Assembly (NCBI GenBank): GCA_963764725.1
Contig: CAVXTM010000016.1
Span: 288,001-352,000 of the forward strand
Length of the DNA: 64,000 bases
Direction: 5' to 3'
From: an uncultured Gammaproteobacteria bacterium
Lineage (GTDB): Bacteria > Pseudomonadota > Gammaproteobacteria > JACCXJ01
A model generated the notes under the pieces. The model was given only the letters and a program-made list of their open reading frames with translations. It was not told the origin of the DNA and did not search any database. The translations under genes were made by a program, and so were the position numbers. Each line of letters opens with the position of its first letter. Position 1 is the stretch's first letter. Shown here piece by piece: positions 32,138-42,551 of this stretch.

Positions 32138-35026
32138 ATGACCGCGCCTTCTCACGCCGCACCCGCGTTGACTCCGGAATTGGCTTCGGAGGCGAAGCGG
32201 TATTGGGACCAATTCGCTGAGGCAATCCCAAGGTCACCGCTAGGCACCGTCGTTGAGGAGGCACACCGGCAGAACATCATCCGAGTGTGCGTGTGCAGTC
32301 CGTTCGCCGCGCACTATTTCGCGAAGGATCCAAGCCGCCTCACGCAGCTTCTCGAGAGCGGCGATCTCGACCGCGGTTTCGGCGAACAAGAATATCCCGA
32401 ACGGATCAAGCGTGCTGTCGCCGGCGCGCCGGACCAGGCGGCGCTCATGCGCGCTCTTCGCCAGGCACGTTACCGCGAATTCGTGCGCATCACCTGGCGC
32501 GATATCACCGCAGCCGCCGATCTCGATGAAACGATGGGAGATCTCTCGCGCTTTGCCGATGCCGCACTCGATGGTGCGCTCGGCTGGCTTTACCGAAAAC
32601 AAGTGGAAACCTTTGGCGCCCCGCGGGATATTGATGAGACGGCCCAGTCGCTGGTCGTGATCGCGATGGGCAAGCTCGGCGCCCATGAGCTCAATTTTTC
32701 CTCGGACGTCGATTTCATCCTTGCTTATCCGCGCGCCGGGGAGTCGCATGGCGGAGCACGCTCGATATCCAACCAGGAATTCTTCAACCGCCTGGGCCAA
32801 GCCTTGATCAAAGTGTTGTCGGAAGTTACCGAGGATGGATTCGTGTTTCGTGCGGACATGCGCCTGCGGCCGTTTGGCGACAGCGGGCCGCTGGTGTTGA
32901 ATTTTGACGCCATGGAGGCGTACTACGTGACTCATGCGCGCGATTGGGAGCGCTACGCCATGATCAAAGCCCGCATCGCCGCGGGGGATAAGCCGGCCGG
33001 GGAGAATCTGCTGGAGCGGCTGAAACCGTTTGTCTATCGCCGCTATCTCGATTTCGGCGCGATCGAGGCCTTACGCGACATGAAACGATTAATCGATAGC
33101 GAGGTGACGCGCAAGGGGCTTGCGGAGAATATTAAGCTTGGGCGAGGAGGGATCCGCGAGATCGAGTTCATCGGGCAGACCTTTCAACTAATCCGCGGCG
33201 GACACCGGCCGGCGCTGCGCGACCGCCGCATTCTGGCCGTTCTCGAGTCCCTCGGGAACCTAAACTATCTGCCCGCGCCCGCCGTTGCCGAGTTGACCGA
33301 AGCTTACCGCTTTTTGCGCCAGACGGAACATCGCTTGCAGCAAGTCGAGGACCAGCAGACTCATGTCTTGCCGAGAGGGGAGATAACCCGGCAGCGCGTG
33401 GCCTTGGGAATGGGGTTTAACGATTGGCCGAGCTTTCATGCGGCGCTCACACGGCACCGGGAGCGCGTTCAAACCCATTTCGATGCGCTCTTGGTCGGGC
33501 CGCACGATCCCGCCGCCAACGGTCCGCCGCTCATGCTGGCGCCGCAGCCGTGGCAGGGGATGGCCGACACCGCATCTCTATTACGCTGGTTGGAAGGCGC
33601 GGGGTTCAGCGATCCGCCCTCGATACTCGCAAGCATCGAGAAGTTGAGTAAAAGCGGGGGCGTGAGGCGGCTCAGCAATACCGATCAAATGCGGCTGGAC
33701 CGGGTCCTGCCGAAGCTGCTTGAGGCCATAACGCGGGTAGCCGAACAGCCAACGGTGGCTGAACGCCTATTGACCATCGTCGAGGCGATAGCGCAACGCA
33801 GCGTCTATCTGGTTTTGCTCGATGAGCATCCCGGCGCGCTCGAGCAACTGGTGCGCCTGTGCGCGGCCAGCCCCTGGATCGCGAATCGTATCGCCCGCCA
33901 ACCGCTGCTGCTCGATGAGCTCATCGATCCGCGCACACTCTATGCGCCGCCGCGGGTGAGCGAGTTGAAGCGGGATCTCGCCGAGCAGTTAGCGCATTTG
34001 GCGCGCGGGGATCTCGAGCAAGCCATGGAGATTCTGCGGCATTTCAAGCATGCGCAGGTCCTGCGCGTCGCGGCGGCCGACGTGGCCGGAGTGCTGCCCG
34101 TGCGCAAGGTCAGTGATCACCTAACCGGGATCGCCGAAACCGTGTTGCAGGCGGCCTTGGAAATCGCGCGGGACACCATGGCGCAACGCTATGGTGAACC
34201 GATGTGTGGAGACGGCGCGGCGCGGCGCATCGCCGGTTTTGCGATCATCGCCTACGGTAAGCTCGGCGGCATTGAGCTCGGTTACGGATCCGACCTGGAT
34301 CTCGTCTTCTTACACGATAGCTGCGGCGATGAGCAGCAGCCTGGCGGGCCGGTGCATCACCAAGAATTCTTCACCCGCCTGGGGCAGAGGATCATTCACA
34401 TGATAACCACGGCCACGGCTGCCGGAAAAGCATATGAGATCGATACCCGGTTGCGGCCGAGCGGGTCGGCGGGGTTATTGGTTAGCAGCCTCGATGCGTA
34501 TCGCGAGTACGAACAAGCGCATGCGTGGACCTGGGAGCATCAAGCGCTCGTACGGGCGCGCGCAATCGCGGGAGATCCGAATACCGTACGCGAATTCGTA
34601 CACCTACGGCGTGCCATCCTCGGCCGGCCTCGCGATGAGGACCGGCTCCGGCACGATGTGCGGGAGATGCGCGAGCGGATGCGCCGGGAGCTGTCCCGCG
34701 ATGCGCCCGGGGACTTCGATATCAAGCACGGGCAGGGTGGTGTCACCGAGATCGAATTTGTGGTGCAATATGCGGTTTTACGCTGGTCTGCTCAGCACGC
34801 AGAGCTTGTGGATTTCACCGACAATCGCCGTTTGCTGGAACTCTTATCGCGCCTGCGGCTGTTATCGGACGAGGACTGCCAGGCTTTGCAAGAGGCTTAT
34901 TTCGCTTACCGTGCCAAGCTTCACGCCTTGGCGTTGCAGGAGCGGCCGGCCTTGGCCGACAATGCGGAATTCGGCGCCCAGCGTGCAAGGGTCGGTGAGG
35001 CGTGGCGCCGGGTGATCGGGGCATGA
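32138..35026 (+). CDS. glnE: Glutamine synthetase adenylyltransferase/adenylyl-removing enzyme
   Basis: Two NT domains: MGKLGAHELNFSSDVD and YGKLGGIELGYGSDLD; DMRLRP and DTRLRP. Confidence 0.96.
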   Translation: MTAPSHAAPALTPELASEAKRYWDQFAEAIPRSPLGTVVEEAHRQNIIRVCVCSPFAAHYFAKDPSRLTQLLESGDLDRGFGEQEYPERIKRAVAGAPDQAALMRALRQARYREFVRITWRDITAAADLDETMGDLSRFADAALDGALGWLYRKQVETFGAPRDIDETAQSLVVIAMGKLGAHELNFSSDVDFILAYPRAGESHGGARSISNQEFFNRLGQALIKVLSEVTEDGFVFRADMRLRPFGDSGPLVLNFDAMEAYYVTHARDWERYAMIKARIAAGDKPAGENLLERLKPFVYRRYLDFGAIEALRDMKRLIDSEVTRKGLAENIKLGRGGIREIEFIGQTFQLIRGGHRPALRDRRILAVLESLGNLNYLPAPAVAELTEAYRFLRQTEHRLQQVEDQQTHVLPRGEITRQRVALGMGFNDWPSFHAALTRHRERVQTHFDALLVGPHDPAANGPPLMLAPQPWQGMADTASLLRWLEGAGFSDPPSILASIEKLSKSGGVRRLSNTDQMRLDRVLPKLLEAITRVAEQPTVAERLLTIVEAIAQRSVYLVLLDEHPGALEQLVRLCAASPWIANRIARQPLLLDELIDPRTLYAPPRVSELKRDLAEQLAHLARGDLEQAMEILRHFKHAQVLRVAAADVAGVLPVRKVSDHLTGIAETVLQAALEIARDTMAQRYGEPMCGDGAARRIAGFAIIAYGKLGGIELGYGSDLDLVFLHDSCGDEQQPGGPVHHQEFFTRLGQRIIHMITTATAAGKAYEIDTRLRPSGSAGLLVSSLDAYREYEQAHAWTWEHQALVRARAIAGDPNTVREFVHLRRAILGRPRDEDRLRHDVREMRERMRRELSRDAPGDFDIKHGQGGVTEIEFVVQYAVLRWSAQHAELVDFTDNRRLLELLSRLRLLSDEDCQALQEAYFAYRAKLHALALQERPALADNAEFGAQRARVGEAWRRVIGA

Positions 35027-35047
35027 CGATGCGGGGAGAAGACAATA

Positions 35048-35974
35048 ATGACAATGGCTGATCGCGACGGCCTCATCTGGATGGACGGGGAGATGCTGCC
35101 TTGGCGCGAGGCCAAGGTGCACGTCCTCACCCACACGTTGCATTACGGCATGGGGGTGTTTGAAGGCATACGCGCCTATAAGGCCGAGCGGGGAACAGCC
35201 ATCTACCGCCTGCGCGAGCACATCCAACGCTTGTTTCGTTCGGCGCACATCCTCGGGATGCCGATGCCTTACGAGCGATCGGCCTTGACCCAAGTGTGCC
35301 GGGAAGTCGTGCGCGCCAACCATCTGGAGAGCGCCTACCTCCGGCCCTTGTGTTTTTACGGCTCGGAGGGGATGGGCTTGCGTGCGGATAATCTAAAAAC
35401 TCATATTATGGTGGCGGCCTGGCATTGGGGCCCTTATCTCGGCGCCGCGGGTCAGGAGCAAGGGATCCGCATCAAGACCTCGTCCTTTACCCGCCATCAC
35501 GTCAATATCACGATGTGTAAGGCCAAGGCCAACGGCAACTACATGAATTCCATGCTGGCGCTGCAAGAGGCCCTGCAGGCCGGATACGACGAAGCCTTGT
35601 TGTTGGATGTCGAGGGCTACGTGACGGAAGGCAGCGGAGAGAATATCTTCATCGTGCGTGACGGCATCCTGTACACACCCGATTTGACTTCCGCATTGGA
35701 GGGAATCACGCGCGCCAGCATCATCACGCTCGCCGGAGAGATTGGGATCCCGGTGCAGGAGAAGCGCATCACGCGCGATGAGGTCTATATCGCGGACGAA
35801 GCGTTCTTTACCGGCACCGCCGCCGAGGTAACGCCGATCCGGGAGCTTGACGGGCGGCGCATCGGCGCCGGACAACGCGGCCCCATTACGGCTAACCTGC
35901 AGACCCTGTTTTTCGATCAGGTGCATGGCCGCCGGGCGGAACACTCCGAGTGGCTCACGCCCGTCGCTGATTAA
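35048..35974 (+). CDS. ilvE: Branched-chain amino acid aminotransferase
   Basis: LHYGMGVFEG, KAKANGNY, EGSGENIF, LEGITR, TGTAAEV. Confidence 0.97.
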   Translation: MTMADRDGLIWMDGEMLPWREAKVHVLTHTLHYGMGVFEGIRAYKAERGTAIYRLREHIQRLFRSAHILGMPMPYERSALTQVCREVVRANHLESAYLRPLCFYGSEGMGLRADNLKTHIMVAAWHWGPYLGAAGQEQGIRIKTSSFTRHHVNITMCKAKANGNYMNSMLALQEALQAGYDEALLLDVEGYVTEGSGENIFIVRDGILYTPDLTSALEGITRASIITLAGEIGIPVQEKRITRDEVYIADEAFFTGTAAEVTPIRELDGRRIGAGQRGPITANLQTLFFDQVHGRRAEHSEWLTPVAD

Positions 35975-35980
35975 GACGTC

Positions 35981-36190
35981 ATGATGAACGACGTTCGAAT
36001 CGAGCCCGAGCGGAATACGCCGAACGACCGGCGCTTGGTTGAGATCACCCCAGTCGATCTGCCCTTGCACTGCCCCCTGCCGAGCATGAGTCTGTGGAAT
36101 TCCCATCCCCGGGTGTATCTGCCGATCGAGGCCACCGGCAAGGCCAAATGCCCCTATTGCAGCACCGACTTCGTGCTCGTCGAACGCTAA
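35981..36190 (+). CDS. Zinc-finger (zf-CHCC) protein
   Basis: LPLHCP..WNSHPRVYL..CPYC, typical after ilvE. Confidence 0.88.
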   Translation: MMNDVRIEPERNTPNDRRLVEITPVDLPLHCPLPSMSLWNSHPRVYLPIEATGKAKCPYCSTDFVLVER

Positions 36191-36383
36191 CCGTCCGCAG
36201 CCCCTCGCAGGATGGCAAGCGCCGGTGAGGTTGAAGGTGGTATCGGATCCACCGGTGCGGGGTGCTTAGTCGGGTTGCAGGATGTGGTTGGTCGGGTTGA
36301 CAGCGCTATACTTAGCTTGTAAACCCGATCCCGCGGCTAACACCGACAAACGTAACTGCGAATGGCAATTTTGGAGGTGGCCA

Positions 36384-36620
36384 ATGCAAGAATATAAATC
36401 GGACAAGCTTGTCGTGCGTTACGATCCTGAGATATGTATTCACGCGGGGAACAGTGTCCGTGAGCTTCCGGCAGTCTTCGACGTCGCGAAGGACCCCTGG
36501 ATCACTATACACGGCGCGCCCGTTGACGAGATCGGGAACCAGGTTAAGCACTCTCCCTCGGGGGCGTTAAGCTACGAGATCCTGGATAAGACAAGTAAGT
36601 CGCCGGACGTACACCCGTGA
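36384..36620 (+). CDS. YjdI/DUF1271-like Fe-S mono-cluster protein with two Cys replaced by Ser
   Basis: CIHAGNSVRELPAVFD..PWI..HSPSGALSY; RBS GGAGG. Confidence 0.75.
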   Translation: MQEYKSDKLVVRYDPEICIHAGNSVRELPAVFDVAKDPWITIHGAPVDEIGNQVKHSPSGALSYEILDKTSKSPDVHP

Positions 36621-38554
36621 CACAAAAGCTGTGCAGACCCTACGGTTCCTGGACCTCGCCGATCACAAGTGATCTCATCGTTGCCAAGTCCATCGGCCTC
36701 GGCGGCATTCAGTCCGACGGCCGGAATCTTTATTGGCACGAGATGCGGCCCGAGGAGGGCGGCCGCGGCGTCATCGTTTGTTACGACGGGCAAGAGGCGG
36801 TATCAGCGCTGGTACCGCCGCCGTTCAATGCTCGTAGCCGTGTTCACGAGTATGGCGGCGGATCTTTCCTCGCGGCGGATGGGATCGTCTATTTCTCGAA
36901 CTTCGAGGACCAACGCATCTACCGCGTCATGCCCGGTGTTCCACCGGAAGCCCTGACGCCCGAAGGCGCGTTTCGCTACGCCGATACTGCCCTCGATCGA
37001 ATAAGGGAACGCCTGATCTGCGTGCGCGAAGATCATTCCGATCCCGGCCGGGAACCCATCAATACCGTAGTTGCCATATCGCTTGCGAAAACCACGGACG
37101 CAGAGGTGCTGGTTTCGGGCTCGGATTTCTATTCCAACCCGCGCCTGAGCCCCGATGGCCGGCACATCTGTTGGCTCTGTTGGTATCACCCGAACATGCC
37201 TTGGGACGGGACCGAGCTCTGGGTTGCAAGCGTCCGGGATGATGGTTCCTTGGGCGATGCGCGCCGCATCGCGGGCAGTCCCACGGAATCGATCTTCCAG
37301 CCCGAGTGGTCTCAGGACGGCCGCAGCCTTTTTTTCGTCTCCGATCGGAGCGGGTGGTGGAACCTTTATTGTTGGACCGATCTCGAGGTCAAGGGGCTGG
37401 CGCCGATGGAAGCGGAGTTCGGCCTTCCTCAGTGGGTGTTCGGAGAAAGCACGTATGCTTTTCTATCACCACGTGAGATCGCGTGCACGTATATACAAGG
37501 CGGATCCAGCCACTTCGCTTACCTCAATGTGGACTCGGGCAAGTTGCGCGCGGTTGAGTTACCCTATACCGCCATCGGTTCGCTGCGCGCACACGGGCGC
37601 GAGATAGCGTTTATCGGCGCCTCGCCCACGGAGTTTCCTTCCGTCGTTTCGATTAACCCGGCTTCGGGTAGCACGCGCGTTCTGAAGCGCTCCAGTGATC
37701 TCGATCTCGACCCCGGCTATGTTTCGGCCGGCGAGCCGATCGAGTTTCCGGTCGACGGCGGCCGTTGCGCACACGGGTTTTTCTATGCGCCCGTGAATAT
37801 GGACTTTACGGCCCCGGCGGACGAGCGCCCGCCGCTCCTCGTGACCAGCCACGGGGGGCCCACAGCCGCAACCAACAACGGCTTGAAGCTCATGACACAA
37901 TTCTTCACCAGCCGAGGATTCGCGGTCTTGGATGTCAACTACGGGGGCAGCACCGGGTTCGGCCGCGTCTATCGCGAACGGCTCTACGGCCAGTGGGGGA
38001 TCGTCGATGTCCAGGATTGCATCCAGGGCGCGCTGCATCTGGTCGGCCAAGGCAAGGTCGATCCCAAGCGGCTGGCCATTCGCGGCGGCAGTGCCGGGGG
38101 TTTCACGACGCTTGCCGCGCTCACGTTTCACGATGTGTTTACCGCCGGGGCGAGCCACTATGGCGTGAGTGATCTCGAAGCCTTGGTCCGCGATACGCAC
38201 AAGTTCGAATCGCGTTATCTCGACCAGCTCATCGGCGCTTACCCGGCGCGCGCTGATCTCTACCGCGCACGTTCACCGATCCACGCGCTGGAACGTCTGT
38301 CTTGTCCCGTGATCTTTTTCCAGGGCTTGGAGGACAAGGTGGTGCCGCCGAACCAAAGCGAGCGGATGGTCGCCGCCTTGCGGAGTAAAGGGTTGCCCGT
38401 GGCCTATGTCTGTTACGAGGGCGAACAGCATGGCTTTCGCCAGGCTAAGAATATCAAACGCACCTTGGATGCCGAGCTTTATTTCTACTCGCGCGTCTAC
38501 GGTTTCGATCTCGCGCAACCCGTCGAGCCAGTGACAATAGAGAACCTCCATTGA
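36617..38554 (+). CDS. S9-family peptidase (acylaminoacyl/dipeptidyl peptidase-like)
   Basis: HGGPT, GGSAGG nucleophile, DKVVP, GEQHGF. Confidence 0.92.
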   Translation: MTQKLCRPYGSWTSPITSDLIVAKSIGLGGIQSDGRNLYWHEMRPEEGGRGVIVCYDGQEAVSALVPPPFNARSRVHEYGGGSFLAADGIVYFSNFEDQRIYRVMPGVPPEALTPEGAFRYADTALDRIRERLICVREDHSDPGREPINTVVAISLAKTTDAEVLVSGSDFYSNPRLSPDGRHICWLCWYHPNMPWDGTELWVASVRDDGSLGDARRIAGSPTESIFQPEWSQDGRSLFFVSDRSGWWNLYCWTDLEVKGLAPMEAEFGLPQWVFGESTYAFLSPREIACTYIQGGSSHFAYLNVDSGKLRAVELPYTAIGSLRAHGREIAFIGASPTEFPSVVSINPASGSTRVLKRSSDLDLDPGYVSAGEPIEFPVDGGRCAHGFFYAPVNMDFTAPADERPPLLVTSHGGPTAATNNGLKLMTQFFTSRGFAVLDVNYGGSTGFGRVYRERLYGQWGIVDVQDCIQGALHLVGQGKVDPKRLAIRGGSAGGFTTLAALTFHDVFTAGASHYGVSDLEALVRDTHKFESRYLDQLIGAYPARADLYRARSPIHALERLSCPVIFFQGLEDKVVPPNQSERMVAALRSKGLPVAYVCYEGEQHGFRQAKNIKRTLDAELYFYSRVYGFDLAQPVEPVTIENLH

Positions 38555-38557
38555 TAC

Positions 38558-39634
38558 TCAGAGCTTTGATCCTGCTCGGGGCACCCCGGCGGCCTGCCGG
38601 GCAAGGGCCCAGGCGACGTGCTCGCGGACCAATTCCGAGGGATGCGCGCGCCTTTGCTCCAGGGCCGCGACAACCTCGGGTGAGGCGGGCGCGTTTCCCA
38701 AGGCCACGGCGATATTGCGTAGCCACCCTTCGTAACCGATGCGCCGAATCGCGGAACCTTCAGTGTTTTTCAGAAACACCTCCTCGGTCCAATTAAACAG
38801 AGCAATGAGATCGGACGCATCCAATCCATGGCGAGGTTTGAAATCGGTCTCCCGGCTCAAGTGCGCGAAGCGGTTCCAAGGGCAGACCAGTTGGCAGTCG
38901 TCGCAACCGAAGATGCGGTTGCCGATCAAGGGCCGCAGCGGTTCCGGGATCGAACCGCGAAGCTCGATCGTGAGATACGAAATACAACGCCGAGCATCGA
39001 GCCGATAAGGCCCGAGGATCGCTCGGGTAGGACAGATTTCGATACACGCGCTGCAGCGGCCGCAATGGTTCGCAGCGTGAGGCGGATCGGTCGGCAGCGG
39101 CAGATCGGTATAGATCTCACCCAAAAAAAACCAGGAACCCGCCTGGCGATGAATCAGGTTCGTGTGCTTGCCGATCCAGCCAAGACCGCCGTTGCGCGCC
39201 AAGGCCTTCTCCAGAACCGGGGCGCTGTCGGAGAACACGCGATAGCCGTGGCGCCCGGCGCGCGCGCCGATGCGATCGGCCATGCGCCGCAGCCGTTGCC
39301 GGAGCACTCGATGGTAATCACGGCCGAGGGCATAGCGGGCGATATAGCCTAAGCGGGGGTTGTCGAGTACGGCTTGCGCTGAAGCGGCGCCGGACGGGAG
39401 ATAGTCCAGGCGTGCCGAGATCACTCGCAGTGTCCCCGGCACCAACTCATCCGGGCGGCTTCTTTTCGTGCCGTGCCGTGCCATGTAGCGCATCTCGCCG
39501 TGATAACCCGCGGCGAGCCAGTCGCGAAGGCGGTGCTCGTCGTCGCCGAGATCGATCCCGGCAATGCCGATCTGCTGAAAACCGAGATCTCGGCCCCACG
39601 CTTTGATTTCCGTTGCTAAGCGAGCGTAGTTCAA
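38558..39634 (-). CDS. queG: Epoxyqueuosine reductase
   Basis: YALGRDYH, DSAPVLEK, CGRCSACIEICP, GCDDCQLVCPWN; start approximate. Confidence 0.95.
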   Translation of the reverse strand: MNYARLATEIKAWGRDLGFQQIGIAGIDLGDDEHRLRDWLAAGYHGEMRYMARHGTKRSRPDELVPGTLRVISARLDYLPSGAASAQAVLDNPRLGYIARYALGRDYHRVLRQRLRRMADRIGARAGRHGYRVFSDSAPVLEKALARNGGLGWIGKHTNLIHRQAGSWFFLGEIYTDLPLPTDPPHAANHCGRCSACIEICPTRAILGPYRLDARRCISYLTIELRGSIPEPLRPLIGNRIFGCDDCQLVCPWNRFAHLSRETDFKPRHGLDASDLIALFNWTEEVFLKNTEGSAIRRIGYEGWLRNIAVALGNAPASPEVVAALEQRRAHPSELVREHVAWALARQAAGVPRAGSKL

Positions 39635-39638
39635 GGCA

Positions 39639-39827
39639 TTAGCCGTTGCCGAATAGGCGCTCAAACCGCTCCCGCGTCTCCCTGCTCGCGAAGCGCTCCG
39701 TGAATTTCTTACCGCTCTTGCGCAGTTCGTGCAGGGTTGCGCCGGGCGCGCCCTCCCCCGCATGGCGTCCCCCTGCCAGCGCCTTACGATAGCGTTTGCG
39801 GATGACGCGGCTCGCGAGCGTCATCAT
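39639..39827 (-). CDS. Small basic hypothetical protein (62 aa)
   Basis: Fills the djlA-queG gap almost exactly on the same strand; no recognised motif. Confidence 0.4.
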   Translation of the reverse strand: MMTLASRVIRKRYRKALAGGRHAGEGAPGATLHELRKSGKKFTERFASRETRERFERLFGNG

Positions 39828-39829
39828 GG

Positions 39830-40642
39830 CTAAAATCCGCGCGCTTCGCGGATGCACTCATAGGCGGCGCGGATCTCGCGGGTTTTTTGCGTCGCGAGCT
39901 TGATCATCTCCTCCGGCAGCCCCTTCGCCACAAGCTTATCCGGGTGGTGTTGGCTCATGAGCCGGCGATAGGCTTTCTTGACTTCAGCGTTGGTCGCGGT
40001 CGCCGTCAGGTTCAGGATCGCGAAGGCATCCTCCACGCCATACTCTTCCCGCGCTTCCCGCGGGGCCTCGGCGCGCGAACGCCACCTGTGGCCGGCTTCC
40101 GCGCGCGCCATCGCTTCGAGACGCTGGTACTCCAGGCGCGAGAACCCGAGCCGGTCGGACACATACAATAGGAGCCGGTGCTCGGCGGGATCGAGCTGAG
40201 CGTCGGCCCATGCCGCCGCGAGCTGGATCTCGAGGAACATACGCATGAGGCTGTGCCGGTTGCGGATTTCGTGGCGAAGCTGCGCCAAAACCGCATCCAG
40301 GGGGAAGTCCTGGGACTTGCCTTCACTGAATAAGTGCATCGCAGTCCGCATCTGATCCGGGGCCAGATCCATCCGCCCCATCACGCTGCGCGCCAGGTTG
40401 ATCTCGCGATCCGTGACCCGTCCGTCGGCCTTGCAGATATGTCCCATCACGGCGAAGGTCGCAGTATAGAAGGCCGTCTGGACGCTCTCGCGGGCGTCGG
40501 GACCGTCGGGACGCCTGCCCTCGAAGGGCCGCGCGAGGCCTTCATCCACGTTGTGCCCGAGCGCCGCCCCGAGCATGGCCCCAAGGGGCCCCCCCAGCAT
40601 GTAGCCGAAGGCGCCGCCGATTATCTTGCCCCACCATGCCAT
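39830..40642 (-). CDS. djlA: Co-chaperone DjlA
   Basis: WGKIIGG TM, TerB-like KADGRV, C-terminal J domain HHPDK. Confidence 0.95.
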   Translation of the reverse strand: MAWWGKIIGGAFGYMLGGPLGAMLGAALGHNVDEGLARPFEGRRPDGPDARESVQTAFYTATFAVMGHICKADGRVTDREINLARSVMGRMDLAPDQMRTAMHLFSEGKSQDFPLDAVLAQLRHEIRNRHSLMRMFLEIQLAAAWADAQLDPAEHRLLLYVSDRLGFSRLEYQRLEAMARAEAGHRWRSRAEAPREAREEYGVEDAFAILNLTATATNAEVKKAYRRLMSQHHPDKLVAKGLPEEMIKLATQKTREIRAAYECIREARGF

Positions 40643-40771
40643 AGCGCCCCATTGTACCAATTCCGTCCGCCGCGGTTTGGGCGGCTTCGGATTACGCGGG
40701 CGGAATGAATCCGGTTAAACTAGGGACGGTTCACGCCGAAGCCGAACTCCGTACATCCAGTAGAAGGCACC

Positions 40772-41866
40772 ATGATCAACTTCATTCAAGACTGGTATCG
40801 CAGGAATTTCGCCGATCCCCAGGCGATGCTGCTGGCAGTGTTCATGGCCGTGACTTTCAGCGTCATTCTCGTCATGGGCGACATGTTGGCGCCGTTCTTG
40901 GCCGCGATCATTATCGCCTACCTCTTGGAAGGGCCGGTGCAGTATCTGCAAAAGGCGTCGGGCTCGCGCAGCATCGCTGTCGTGGTGGTGTTTCTCCTGT
41001 TCATGGCCGTCCTGCTGTTCCTGGTCTTGGGGCTCATTCCTCTCCTCTACCGCCAGGTCGCGGAATTTTTTCAGGAGCTTCCAAATCTCATCAACGACGG
41101 GCGCACGACCTTGCTGACCTTGCCCGAGTCCTATCCGGCTTTCGTATCCGTCGAGCACGTGGAAGAGCTGATGACGATGATGCGGCGGAGCATCGCAGCG
41201 TTCGGTGAAAACGTTTTGTCCGTCTCCCTGGCGTCCATCCCCACCCTCATCACCGCCCTGGTGTATTTGATCGTGGGTCCTCTGCTCCTGTTCTTCTTCC
41301 TCAAGGACAAAGCTCTCATTCTCGGCTGGGCGCGGGATTTCTTGCCGCACGATCGCAGGCTCTTGCTCAAGGTCTGGCGGGAGATGGATGATCAGATCGG
41401 CAATTACGTGCGCGGCAAGATCAACGAGATCCTGATCGTCGGTGTCGTCACCTACGTCATCTTCGCGCTCATGGGCTTGTCGTACGCCGCGCTTCTCGCG
41501 GTGCTTGTCGGGGTATCGGTGATCATCCCGTACATCGGCGCCGTGGCGGTGACCTTTCCGGTGGCCTTCGCCGGCTACGGCCAGTGGGGCTGGGGACCGG
41601 ATTTCGCCTGGTTCATGGTCGCCTATGCCGTCATCCAGGGCTTGGACGGCAACCTGCTCGTCCCACTGTTATTCTCGGAAGCCGTGAATCTCCATCCGGT
41701 GGCGATCATCCTTGCCGTGCTGGTGTTCGGCGGGTTCTGGGGGTTTTGGGGGGTGTTCTTCGCGATCCCGCTCGCGACCTTGGTCAAGGCATTGCTCAAT
41801 GCCTGGCCGAAAACTCCGGGCGAGGCGCCCGTTCAACTCCCGGAAATGCGCCAGCAAGCGCGATAG
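40772..41866 (+). CDS. AI-2E (PerM-like) transporter
   Basis: IAYLLEGPV, QIGNYVRGK, IPYIGA, LFSEAVNLHP. Confidence 0.92.
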   Translation: MINFIQDWYRRNFADPQAMLLAVFMAVTFSVILVMGDMLAPFLAAIIIAYLLEGPVQYLQKASGSRSIAVVVVFLLFMAVLLFLVLGLIPLLYRQVAEFFQELPNLINDGRTTLLTLPESYPAFVSVEHVEELMTMMRRSIAAFGENVLSVSLASIPTLITALVYLIVGPLLLFFFLKDKALILGWARDFLPHDRRLLLKVWREMDDQIGNYVRGKINEILIVGVVTYVIFALMGLSYAALLAVLVGVSVIIPYIGAVAVTFPVAFAGYGQWGWGPDFAWFMVAYAVIQGLDGNLLVPLLFSEAVNLHPVAIILAVLVFGGFWGFWGVFFAIPLATLVKALLNAWPKTPGEAPVQLPEMRQQAR

Positions 41867-41986
41867 CTGTTCCTGAGGCTGCAACCCGAAATCTTGCATA
41901 ATGCGTTCGATTTGTCCGCCTGCGGCCCAATTGCAGCCGGCACGTCGCCCGCACACGCTGCGGACGACGTCCTCAATCTTCAAGAC

Positions 41987-42142
41987 TTAAAGCTGCGGCT
42001 TCTCCGCACCGCTTCCCTTCATAATGATCTTCTTCGCCGTCTCGAACCAAGAATCTATCGTGGTTACCATCGGCATGAGCTTGGCGTAAAATTTAGCGCC
42101 TAGGTAGAGACCTAGGACGATACCTAGAATCAACCAGACCAT
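41987..42142 (-). CDS. Small single-TM protein (51 aa), below the ORF-track cutoff
   Basis: RBS GAGGAGG; MVWLILGIVLGLYLGAKFYAKLMPMVTTIDSWFETAKKIIMKGSGAEKPQL. Confidence 0.65.
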   Translation of the reverse strand: MVWLILGIVLGLYLGAKFYAKLMPMVTTIDSWFETAKKIIMKGSGAEKPQL

Positions 42143-42165
42143 AGAACACCTCCTCTAAATTATCT

Positions 42166-42467
42166 TTATAAACAAGCGATCGTGCGTCTATAAATATACC
42201 AGCCGGTCATCCCGCTGCACACCTCCTCGTACGCCGGTTTCGGCGTGGAACCGCCGGCGTAACCCACCGCCGTCGAGTAGACGCCGCTAGTTTGCCAGTA
42301 TTTTCGTTCCGCGCCCCAAAAGCATCCGAGTCCGAACAAAGCCCGCTCCAACCCCGCCGGAAAAGGTGGTTCTAACCGGCGTCCATTCACGAAATGAGTG
42401 GCCACCACCACCCGCGCCGCACGCCCTACAACACCTCGTGGGGGATGCTCGTGTGCCTGCCGAACAT
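42166..42467 (-). pseudogene. msrA: Truncated methionine sulfoxide reductase A
   Basis: [28 protein letters not shown] then unrelated sequence; internal TAG near the 5' end. Confidence 0.85.
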
Positions 42468-42551
42468 GCCCTACCCCTTGAGTAAATTCGCCTTTAATGC
42501 GTGTCTCATTATAATTGGCCGCTTTTAATCAGTCTCGGGAATTGCTGCGCC

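Noticed and set aside
31338-32264. 308-aa minus-strand ORF
   Set aside because: It overlaps two plus-strand genes and a hairpin, and its composition is not protein-like.
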